This document shows positions 7,320-14,132 of a stretch of DNA of 14,132 nt, piece by piece. The translations under genes were made by a program, and so were the position numbers. The stretch comes from Promethearchaeota archaeon (GTDB taxonomy: Archaea; Asgardarchaeota; Odinarchaeia; Odinarchaeales; JBHLKK01), in NCBI GenBank assembly GCA_048939465.1, contig JBHLPL010000011.1, positions 13,874-28,005 on the forward strand, written 5' to 3'. The notes beneath the pieces were generated by a model, which saw only the letters and a list, made by a program, of their open reading frames with translations, did no database searches and had not been told where the DNA came from. Position 1 is the first letter of the stretch. Every line of letters begins with the position of its first letter.

Positions 7320-7661
7320 ATGCAGATGCGTAGACGATGGCGAAAAGGTCTAAGAAGGCCAGGTCGGCCAACCAAGCCGCGAACCTTGGAAACCCCGCCG
7401 GAAATCAGACACTTCATACCCGCCATTCCCAAAGACAGGTTAGATGATTTTCCTGATAATCCCATTTTTCTATATTATGACGAATTTGAAGCCTTGAGAT
7501 TGGTAGATCTGGAAGACCTGTCCCAAGAAGAAGCAGGGGAGAGAATGGATATCTCTAGAGGTACAGTTTGGCGTCTTATCGAGGAAGGTCGTAAAAAGGT
7601 CATTCAAGCTCTCATTGAAGGAAGAGAATTGTTCATAGTACCCAGAGAAGCTGAAGGGTAG
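7320..7661 (+). CDS. DUF134 / UPF0251 family HTH DNA-binding protein
   Basis: GRPTKPR...DEFEALRLVDLEDLSQEEAGERMDISRGTVWRLIEEGRKKV...ALIEG. GGTGA lies 6 nt before ATG 7326, which is the likelier start. Confidence 0.92.
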   Translation: MQMRRRWRKGLRRPGRPTKPRTLETPPEIRHFIPAIPKDRLDDFPDNPIFLYYDEFEALRLVDLEDLSQEEAGERMDISRGTVWRLIEEGRKKVIQALIEGRELFIVPREAEG

Positions 7662-7687
7662 TCCTGTCTTAATGCTCTTCAGGAAGC

Positions 7688-8095
7688 CTAGAAAAGGACT
7701 GACTTTATGTGTTTTGTGCCCTTGCTGCCGAATATCTCTTCGGCTAGATCATTAATCTTCTCCGCTTTTCCTCTCACTACGATGACTTCCAGACAGTTCT
7801 CTTCATCAAGATGAACGTGAAGTGTGGAACTTATAATGTCTTCATAATGATGTTGAGTGTGTGTCAAGCCATCAGAAGCCCCCCTAATAGTATGATCAAA
7901 AAGAACTATTAGAGTACCAACTCTCTCTCCTTCGCTTCTCTGTAGCTCCTTGTATTCTGAGATGAAATTTCGTATGGCATCCCTGGTTGCTTCAGATCTA
8001 TTAGTGTAGCTGCTTTTTTCAACTATTGAGTCAAACTCACCCAGCAATTTCTTTGGCAGGGATATGCCCGTTCTGATGACCTTTTCCTTCTTCAT
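7688..8095 (-). CDS. nikR: Nickel-responsive transcriptional regulator NikR
   Basis: N-terminal ribbon-helix-helix (RTGISLP...NRSEATRDAIR). Ni-site residues are present: QHH, LHVHL (two His) and NCLEV. Confidence 0.95.
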   Translation of the reverse strand: MKKEKVIRTGISLPKKLLGEFDSIVEKSSYTNRSEATRDAIRNFISEYKELQRSEGERVGTLIVLFDHTIRGASDGLTHTQHHYEDIISSTLHVHLDEENCLEVIVVRGKAEKINDLAEEIFGSKGTKHIKSVLF

Positions 8096-8165
8096 AGAAT
8101 CACGGTAATACTATCAACTGGACAGGATTTAAAGATTCGTGTATCTCTCATGTAGCCCAAGCTAC

Positions 8166-8522
8166 TCAGTTCTGCTCTGACCTAATTCGATCAAGGATTC
8201 TTCCTACCTCATCTACTTCCAGGGTGTTAGGCGTTCCTCTCCCGGTACGAACCTACTTAAATTCCCTTTCCAAATCTGTATTCTCAATCTCTCCGAGAAT
8301 CGCGCTAAGATATTCCTCCTTCACGGTCTCTGAGTTTAACTCCTTATGGAAATGACAGAAGGAACATTTTGAGTAGCAAAAAGGAATGTTTACGTAGGTT
8401 CTAACGTCCTCGTTGAGTCTGGGGAAACGTATCTTGTCAGGACGATATGATGCTTTTTCAAAGGATCTCCGCATTATTCTTTTACTAATTGAAATAGCCA
8501 GGATCGAGTCCAGCCTGCCCAA
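8166..8522 (-). pseudogene. Truncated HemN/HemW-like radical SAM remnant with in-frame TAG
   Basis: TYVNIPFCYSKCSFCHF matches the HemN-family YxHIPFCxxxCxYC. After TAG (8255-8253) the same frame continues VRTGRGTPNTL, compared with IYFGGGTPSLL, and stops at TGA 8168-8166 after ~118 codons. Most of the TIM barrel is missing. Confidence 0.78.
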
Positions 8523-8755
8523 CGCATTTCTGAGTCTGATGATATTGTTCCTCGGTCACCCTCGCATATACGACAAGAGGAACAAAAGAGCTTTGGTGGT
8601 GACACGGAAGACATAATAAAACGCAGTTTGTAACACAAACCGCAATTCAATTCTTGTTAGAAAACGTACACATTTATTAGTTTAATCGGCTCCAGAATTC
8701 AAAGATATAGATGTAGCGAACCCTAGACAAAGAAATACGAGGAGAAGCCCCCAGA

Positions 8756-9481
8756 TTGCATATCAGAACATTCCCCATGCTTGATAAGATATTGGGTGAA
8801 GGAATCTCTCCAAGAAATATGGTAATAATTAACGATACTCCAGCTGCCAATGGATATTTACTGGCTGACCAAATCTTCTTTGAAGAATTAGGTAGAAATA
8901 AGTACGGCATCTTCATGGCATTTGACCATTCCCCGGATATGCTACGCCAGAAATTCAAAGCAGCAGGATTTGACAGTGAGAAATACGAAAGCGAAGGAAG
9001 ACTGTTCCTGATTAACTGCTTCAAATTTATGGAGAAGAGTGGCCCATTTGCTGTAACTGACCCTTCAAACCGACCAGAAGTAATAAGACCTTTTAGAGAG
9101 ATAAGTAGGGTAACCAAAGGGAAGATGAAAAACAATACAGTGTGCGTGGTTGACTCCCTGCTGTCTTTGGCCACACTATTCAGTGTACAGCACGTGATAA
9201 GCTTCAGTCTGCTAATGCGTGAGATGTCCATAAAATATGGCTGCACAATATTCATGATAGCTCCGCAGGCCATCGACAAAGTCTGTAAATGTCTTGAGCT
9301 GATAGAATATAATTCAGACATTGTAATAGAGTTCAGAATAAGGGAGCATGATAAGAAGAATCAACCTATGCTTAGAGTTAAGAGACTGGGGGGATCGCCA
9401 CCTTCTGGCTGGATGCCCTTCTTGGTGAAAAAGGGTGTTATCAAAAGCATAGGGGTTTCTAAAAAGAATTCGCAAGACTAA
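8756..9481 (+). CDS. KaiC/RAD55 (RecA-superfamily) ATPase-fold protein, apparently inactive
   Basis: RTFPMLDKILGEGI start, GFDSEKYESEGRLFLINCF, Walker B VVDSL and DIVIEF are present. The Walker A position reads NDTPAANGY, with no GKT/S. Confidence 0.8.
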   Translation: MHIRTFPMLDKILGEGISPRNMVIINDTPAANGYLLADQIFFEELGRNKYGIFMAFDHSPDMLRQKFKAAGFDSEKYESEGRLFLINCFKFMEKSGPFAVTDPSNRPEVIRPFREISRVTKGKMKNNTVCVVDSLLSLATLFSVQHVISFSLLMREMSIKYGCTIFMIAPQAIDKVCKCLELIEYNSDIVIEFRIREHDKKNQPMLRVKRLGGSPPSGWMPFLVKKGVIKSIGVSKKNSQD

Positions 9482-9486
9482 AGCAG

Positions 9487-10005
9487 CTATTTTGGCACAT
9501 ACTTCTCGACTATGTCTTCCGCCATTATGTTGAACAGATTCTCAACGCCGTTCCCAGATTTTGCGGATGTTTCTAAGAATTCCAGTTTTGCCTTTTCAGC
9601 AAACACCGATCCTTCATTGGACGAGACCTTCCTCGCATCGTTCAGATCGGATTTATTGCCAACTAAGATTATTGGAACTCTTCCACAATACTTGTCAACA
9701 TCGCCAAGCCATTTGTCAAGGTTGTCAAAGGATCTCTTATTCGTTATGTCGTAAACGAGTATAGCGCCTCTTGCCCCCTCCAGGTAATGCCTTCTCAGAA
9801 TCTTGTATTTTTCTTGACCGCCTATGTCCCAGATGATTAGATTGAGGTTCAGTTTGCCGAAAGGAACGAACTTCCCTGCAAAGTCTATCCCGATAGTTGG
9901 TTTGTAATCCCCTGTGAAGCGTTTCTCAGTGTATCGAACGATTAGGGAGGTTTTTCCCACTTTTTCATCTCCGACCACTACAACTTTAAATACATACTCT
10001 TTCAT
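9487..10005 (-). CDS. Rab-like small GTPase (Ras superfamily, eukaryotic signature protein)
   Basis: G1 GDEKVGKT, switch I YKPTIGIDF, G3 WDIGGQ, YLEGARGAILVYDIT, G4 NKSD, G5 ETSAK. No C-terminal Cys. Confidence 0.95.
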   Translation of the reverse strand: MKEYVFKVVVVGDEKVGKTSLIVRYTEKRFTGDYKPTIGIDFAGKFVPFGKLNLNLIIWDIGGQEKYKILRRHYLEGARGAILVYDITNKRSFDNLDKWLGDVDKYCGRVPIILVGNKSDLNDARKVSSNEGSVFAEKAKLEFLETSAKSGNGVENLFNIMAEDIVEKYVPK

Positions 10006-10152
10006 GCTATACCCTCTAATACCTTTTTAGTCGCCAGTATTTATTAAGTAATAGGGTTGTGCTTGTCTACTACTCTCAATTCAAAATATCGAATAACTTG
10101 ATTATATACGTATCTTTCCTTCAAAATTCAGTTTATGATCAAAGCAACGCGT

Positions 10153-10656
10153 TTAGAATACCGATACGCCCCTTACTCCTGCAATCTTGAGTAGCTTCGG
10201 GATTATTCCACCTGGAAGTTGTCTTTCAGTAATTATGGTTAACTTTGGTTCGGGGAATAGCTCCGGATCTTCTGCCAGGATTTGCCTAATGCTAATTCCC
10301 TCGTCTGCAATCAGCGCAGTGGACTCGGCAACTACTCCGACTGCCTTTGGTTCTGCGTCTATCACAACAACTCCAAATCCAAGTTTCTTCGCGACGTCCC
10401 GGAAGAAGGGACCGGCTGGCTTAATGTTCTCGAATATTTCTTTCAGTTCAGGTTTCGAGAGAATCATCCTAACGGTTTCAATGATTACTCTTCGATCGAT
10501 ACCTATGGCTCTTGCAATTTTGGTTGGTGGAATCTCGATATAACCGCAATAGATCTTGCCATCTTCCCTCACTGATAATCCAAGTTCAATAATTGCACGG
10601 ACGACTCTTAGCCGAGCAGGGCTATGTTTTAGGGAATCACGTATTGCTGTCCACAT
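10153..10656 (-). CDS. trpY: TrpY-like regulator (HTH + ACT domain, COG2150-type)
   Basis: MW...ARLRVVRAIIELGLSV...GKIYCG...IARAIGIDRRVI...GISIRQ..AEDPEL...LTIITE...GVRGVSVF. Divergent from trpB2. ATG 10656 is preferred over GTG 10680. Confidence 0.85.
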   Translation of the reverse strand: MWTAIRDSLKHSPARLRVVRAIIELGLSVREDGKIYCGYIEIPPTKIARAIGIDRRVIIETVRMILSKPELKEIFENIKPAGPFFRDVAKKLGFGVVVIDAEPKAVGVVAESTALIADEGISIRQILAEDPELFPEPKLTIITERQLPGGIIPKLLKIAGVRGVSVF

Positions 10657-10714
10657 AGAATCACTTGCTTCTTTCTGCACGACATATATCGAATTGATGC
10701 ACTATAAATAGTTA

Positions 10715-10770
10715 TGTATATTTCTGTACGCAAAAGCCTTAAATATGACCTCTATGTATGCTTATTGACA
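10715..10770. promoter_or_regulatory. TRP-box-like pairs flanking the trpB2 promoter
   Basis: TGTATA-N4-TGTACG (10715-10730), then CAAAAG (BRE-like) and CTTAAATA (TATA, 10738-10745), then TGTATG-N4-TTGACA (10755-10770). The known TrpY consensus is TGTACA. Confidence 0.55.
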
Positions 10771-10803
10771 TTAGCCTACAAAATAGAGAGGGAGTGATGT
10801 AAG

Positions 10804-12195
10804 ATGGGATCATCCAAGAGGATTGAGCTTGATGAGGATGGCATACCAACCCAATGGTACTGTGTTTTGTCAGATTTGCCCAAGCCGTTATCGCCGCCGC
10901 TGAGTCCGGAAACCAGAGAACCCATAAATCCAGCAGCGCTGGAAGCGATCTTTGCGAAAGAGCTTGTTCGGCAGGAGGTTACTCAGGAACGCTGGATAAA
11001 GATACCCGAAGAGGTAAGAGACATATACCGTCTGTGGAGACCGACTCCGCTCATTAGAGCCAAAAATCTAGAAAGGGAGCTGAAGACACCTGCAAAAATC
11101 TATTACAAATATGAAGGAGTAAGTCCTCCCGGGAGTCACAAACCAAATACTGCTGTCGCGCAAGCATACTATAACATGAAAGAGGGAGTAAAGAGAATAA
11201 CAACAGAAACAGGAGCGGGCCAATGGGGTTCAGCCCTTGCCTTTAGTTGCTCGAATTTCGGCCTTGAATCTACTATTTACATGGTTCGGGCAAGCTATGA
11301 TCAGAAGCCCTACAGGAAGAGTCTGATGCATGTCTGGGGTGCTGAAGTCGAGCCAAGCCCCAGCAGCAGAACGAAGTTCGGGAAATCGATCTTGGAGAAC
11401 AACTCTGAAAACTCGGGCAGCCTTGGAATAGCTATAAGTGAAGCCATCGAGGACGCAATTACGCATGACGACACGAAATATACTCTTGGCAGTGTTTTGA
11501 ATCACGTTCTTACTCATCAAACTGTGATAGGTCTTGAAACCAAAGAGCAAATCAAGATGGCAGAAGATTATCCTGACATGCTCATTGGATGTATTGGAGG
11601 AGGTAGCAGTTTCTCAGGTCTATTTTGGCCTTTCTACTACGATAAGGTTACAGGGAAGGCTCCAAAGAACACAAAATTCATTGCCGTAGAAGCCGCTGCA
11701 TGTCCATCAGTAACAAGGGGAGTATACATGTACGATCATGGAGATACGGCACGAATGACTCCGATGCTAAAGATGCATACACTAGGTCACGAGTTCATCC
11801 CTCCGCCCATTCATGCAGGTGGCTTACGCTATCACGGTATGGCACCCACTGTGTGCCTGCTGGCGAAGGAAGGCGTCGTGCAGACACGAGCATACAATCA
11901 AGTGGACGTATTCGAAGCCGCTACGCTTTTCTCAAAGACAGAAGGATTAGTATCTGCACCAGAGCCAGCGCACGCCATCAAAGCAACGATCGATGAGGCG
12001 CTAAGATGTAAAGAAACAGGCGAGGCCAAAACCATTGTGTTCTTACTATGTGGCCACGGGTACTTTGACCTGAAGGCTTATGACGACTACTTCGACGGAA
12101 AACTTCCCCCCTATGAGTATCCAAAGAAGGAAGTTGACAAGGCAATAAAGAAATTGAAAGACTTATATCCTTGGATAGACAGTGTACCGTACTAA
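10804..12195 (+). CDS. trpB2: Stand-alone tryptophan synthase beta-like protein, TrpB2
   Basis: IPTQWY N-extension, [24 protein letters not shown] (PLP lysine), [27 protein letters not shown]. No trpA in the window. Confidence 0.97.
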   Translation: MGSSKRIELDEDGIPTQWYCVLSDLPKPLSPPLSPETREPINPAALEAIFAKELVRQEVTQERWIKIPEEVRDIYRLWRPTPLIRAKNLERELKTPAKIYYKYEGVSPPGSHKPNTAVAQAYYNMKEGVKRITTETGAGQWGSALAFSCSNFGLESTIYMVRASYDQKPYRKSLMHVWGAEVEPSPSSRTKFGKSILENNSENSGSLGIAISEAIEDAITHDDTKYTLGSVLNHVLTHQTVIGLETKEQIKMAEDYPDMLIGCIGGGSSFSGLFWPFYYDKVTGKAPKNTKFIAVEAAACPSVTRGVYMYDHGDTARMTPMLKMHTLGHEFIPPPIHAGGLRYHGMAPTVCLLAKEGVVQTRAYNQVDVFEAATLFSKTEGLVSAPEPAHAIKATIDEALRCKETGEAKTIVFLLCGHGYFDLKAYDDYFDGKLPPYEYPKKEVDKAIKKLKDLYPWIDSVPY

Positions 12196-12260
12196 TCTTT
12201 TCCCATTTCTTTTACAACATACCTATTTCTTTTAAAACCCGTTATAAAAAATAAAAGAAG
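12196..12260. terminator. Convergent oligo-T terminator region between trpB2 and the surface-protein gene
   Basis: T-tracts on both strands: TCTTTTCCCATTTCTTTT on plus and CTTCTTTTATTTTTT on minus. Confidence 0.55.
12238..12255. repeat. 18-bp direct repeat CCCGTTATAAAAAATAAA, copy 1
   Basis: Identical to 13952-13969; both copies are followed by a GAAG purine run. Confidence 0.85.
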
Positions 12261-12264
12261 GGGT

Positions 12265-13878
12265 TTAGGTTGGTTTTCTGCCTCTTAACAAGAAGGCGGC
12301 TACTCCAACTATAGCCACCGCTCCTAATACTCCGCCTAGGATAAGGTATAGGGTGTAGTCTGCTTCTTGGGGTGCGTTTACCTGTATTTGCACTTGGTCG
12401 TTTACGCTGTTTCCGTATCCGTCTTGGGCATATATTGTGACATTGTAGGTTCCTGCTTGGTCCAGATCAGTTATGTTTAGGGTTAGATTTTCATTATTAT
12501 TCCAGGTCCCACTGTGGGTGACATTTCCATCAAGGTGCAGCTGGTATTCTCCATGGGGATAAGCAGAGGAGGTTACCACCCAGGTTATCTCTGCATCTTC
12601 TCCTAGTGTTATTTCTTGGTCGCTGGGACTGGATAATGCTAATTGAGGTATTATACCCACCGGATCTGTGCTATTAAGGTAAAGTATCAAATCAAGATCC
12701 ATATAGAATATTACATGCGCATATCCTAAACGGTCTATTTGCAGATGGGGTAGACGCTCATCATCAGCAGGTTGGGTGATATTTATCGCTTGGTTGAAAC
12801 CAAATGTATTATTGATGTAATATAGTCGGAAATATGGCCCAGAATCCTGAGAGAATACTATGTGGGCGTTGTTAGAGTAATCTACTACCAAACTCATATC
12901 ATTAACGCCAAAATAGGTCTGGTTGAAATTAATTGGGGAGCTAAAGCTTGTGCCTGAACCTGAGGAATAGAATATACCCCAATAACCTGAAGAAGGTCCA
13001 GCCCAACTGAGATGTATTTGATCATTATTATCGATGTCCATAGAGAGATTGATTTCTTCAGTAGAACTGAAGTCGCCTGAAACATTGTATGGTGTACTCC
13101 AAAAGCCGGCTACATTATTACACAGGAAAACATCTCTATCCGAAGTACCACCGATTGCTCCTATGAATGCTATATGGACTTTGTCATTGGAGTCAACGGC
13201 TATACTTACATCATCAAGCACTGAATCAAAGATACCAGTATTTATTTCTTGAACCGAAGACCATACTCCGCTGGGACTGCGATAAACATATCTTGTGGCG
13301 TCACCGTCTTGAGTATTAATGAAAGCTATATGCACTCCGTCCTGACTATCAATAACCATGGTGGGGTCTTTTTCATTAAGACTATCCGTCTGGGTTATAT
13401 TATAAGGATTGCTAAATGTTCCCCCCTGGTTATTAGAGTAAAATATATCTCTGTTAGTAGTACCGTCACCTGGAGGAAATCCAGCCCAAGCTATGTGTAC
13501 TACTTCATTGCTGTCCAAAGCTATTACCGGTCGGTTCTGGTCGTAACCGGTAAGATTAACTTGGGTTACATACGTTATGTTCCATGAACCACCCTTATTT
13601 GTTGCGTATGAGATTTCATTATTCCCAGTAGTAAAGTTGGTATTCCCATACATAGCTACATGGACATATCCGTCGTTATCGACAGCTATGGCGCGGTCAT
13701 TAAAACCGATTAAGGTATCCATCCAAGGTGAGGTTTGCGAAATGGCGATAGGTATAGTCCAGTCATCACCCGCATCTGGAGAAGCGGATACTGGAGCGAT
13801 TAAAACCACTGTAGGCGCTAGCAATGCTAAGAATAGAAAACCAGAGAAAAAAAGAGCAAAATCCTTCTTATCTGTCAT
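12265..13878 (-). CDS. Secreted, C-terminally membrane-anchored glycoprotein: ~7 beta-propeller-type repeats + Ig-like domain
   Basis: N-terminal hydrophobic signal ending VSA. Seven repeats of (I/M)xxDxxxxxH(I/V/L). SPSD...ITW...GTW...GTYNVTIYAQDGYGN beta-sandwich. TM helix plus RGRK. 14 N-x-S/T sequons by manual count. Confidence 0.85.
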   Translation of the reverse strand: MTDKKDFALFFSGFLFLALLAPTVVLIAPVSASPDAGDDWTIPIAISQTSPWMDTLIGFNDRAIAVDNDGYVHVAMYGNTNFTTGNNEISYATNKGGSWNITYVTQVNLTGYDQNRPVIALDSNEVVHIAWAGFPPGDGTTNRDIFYSNNQGGTFSNPYNITQTDSLNEKDPTMVIDSQDGVHIAFINTQDGDATRYVYRSPSGVWSSVQEINTGIFDSVLDDVSIAVDSNDKVHIAFIGAIGGTSDRDVFLCNNVAGFWSTPYNVSGDFSSTEEINLSMDIDNNDQIHLSWAGPSSGYWGIFYSSGSGTSFSSPINFNQTYFGVNDMSLVVDYSNNAHIVFSQDSGPYFRLYYINNTFGFNQAINITQPADDERLPHLQIDRLGYAHVIFYMDLDLILYLNSTDPVGIIPQLALSSPSDQEITLGEDAEITWVVTSSAYPHGEYQLHLDGNVTHSGTWNNNENLTLNITDLDQAGTYNVTIYAQDGYGNSVNDQVQIQVNAPQEADYTLYLILGGVLGAVAIVGVAAFLLRGRKPT

Positions 13879-13951
13879 AAATCCCGCCTCGGAAAATCAT
13901 TTTTCGTAATGTACTATATACTACTATAAAATACCTTCCATAAATAACAAC

Positions 13952-13969
13952 CCCGTTATAAAAAATAAA
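13952..13969. repeat. 18-bp direct repeat, copy 2 (T-rich on minus strand, terminator-like)
   Basis: Identical to 12238-12255. Confidence 0.85.
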
Positions 13970-14063
13970 GAAGAAGGAAAAGATTGCAAACACCAAGCGA
14001 CCTAATCGCCACCCGACTTTCATCACTATTCACACTTACTTTAGAAATAAGCGTCGGATAAGA

Positions 14064-14132
14064 TGCTCGTAAGAGGAAGGTCCCGGGCAACCCGAAGGTG
14101 AAAACTTCCTCTGTAGCTGCAGATCGGGAGCA
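14064..14132. other. GC-richer stem-loop segment at the window edge, unidentified
   Basis: AGAGGAAG (14072-79) pairs with CTTCCTCT (14105-12) and encloses CGGG-CAA-CCCG. TGCTC (14064-68) pairs with GAGCA (14128-32). No convincing ORF. Confidence 0.3.

Noticed and set aside
8253-8255. Pyrrolysine/amber readthrough of the HemN-like TAG
   Set aside because: The downstream motif has already drifted (GRGTP) and the frame ends 29 codons later, so readthrough cannot give a full enzyme. No pyl genes are in the window.
8621-8645. Inverted repeat GTTTGT-AAC-ACAAAC resembling the TTTGTG/CACAAA operator
   Set aside because: The spacing and centre differ and no TTTATAAA adjoins it, so it is not counted as a third copy.
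10016-10043. Possible NikR site upstream of the Rab gene (TAATAC-N14-GTATTT)
   Set aside because: Only a 5-bp inverted match in AT-rich promoter DNA. No second full site is available to define a motif, and there is no functional rationale.
12200-12264. Integron attC site after the surface-protein gene (TTATAAC...GTTGTAA on the minus strand)
   Set aside because: The arms are only about 22 nt apart, there are no L boxes or extrahelical bases, and no integrase is present.
157-13909. Short opposite-strand or alternate-frame ORFs in the track (e.g. 1291-1740, 3384-3806, 5688-6062, 8677-9321, 10187-10543, 13577-13909)
   Set aside because: They are shadows of well-supported genes and have Ser/Pro/Phe-rich antisense composition.
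14040-14132. Group II intron 3' end (minus strand ...CTTATCCGAC) or archaeal SECIS
   Set aside because: No domain V sequence precedes it. The GAA/A SECIS geometry does not fit, and no in-frame TGA at a Cys position was found in nearby genes.
1-14132. CRISPR array, tRNA or rRNA
   Set aside because: No regularly spaced repeats, cloverleaf/T-loop signature or rRNA-conserved tracts were seen.

Overview
Archaeal DNA, very probably an Asgard archaeon: it has a Rab-like GTPase with RabF-type motifs, archaeal TATA promoters, TrpY and a heavily N-glycosylated membrane-anchored surface protein. Positions 1-7.7 kb hold a metallocluster-assembly-type neighbourhood, mostly on the minus strand, resembling the Desulfovibrio 'orange protein' (ORP) cluster. 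It comprises a CDF transporter, two MinD-type ATPases with 2x[4Fe-4S] inserts, two NifB/NifX-family proteins, Mrp/NBP35, a DUF5320-like protein, a radical SAM enzyme, an MBL-fold hydrolase and a divergent DUF134 HTH gene. Further right lie nikR, a decayed HemN-like fragment, a P-loop-dead KaiC/RAD55-like protein tail-to-tail with the Rab-like GTPase, divergent trpY and trpB2, and a seven-repeat beta-propeller/Ig surface protein. Four signals are not in the ORF track. (1) A 22-bp palindrome, ATTTTGTG-nATATn-CACAAAAT, abuts a TTTATAAA box at two promoters and is a candidate DUF134 operator. (2) A ~209-bp gene-less IS200/IS605-derived mini-element (5186-5394) keeps a TTGAC target motif, both end hairpins and a TnpB/omegaRNA-like 3' part. 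(3) The MBL gene probably starts at a non-canonical CTG or ATT codon. (4) TRP-box-like pairs lie between trpY and trpB2. All calls come from reading motifs by eye; no database search or folding program was run.
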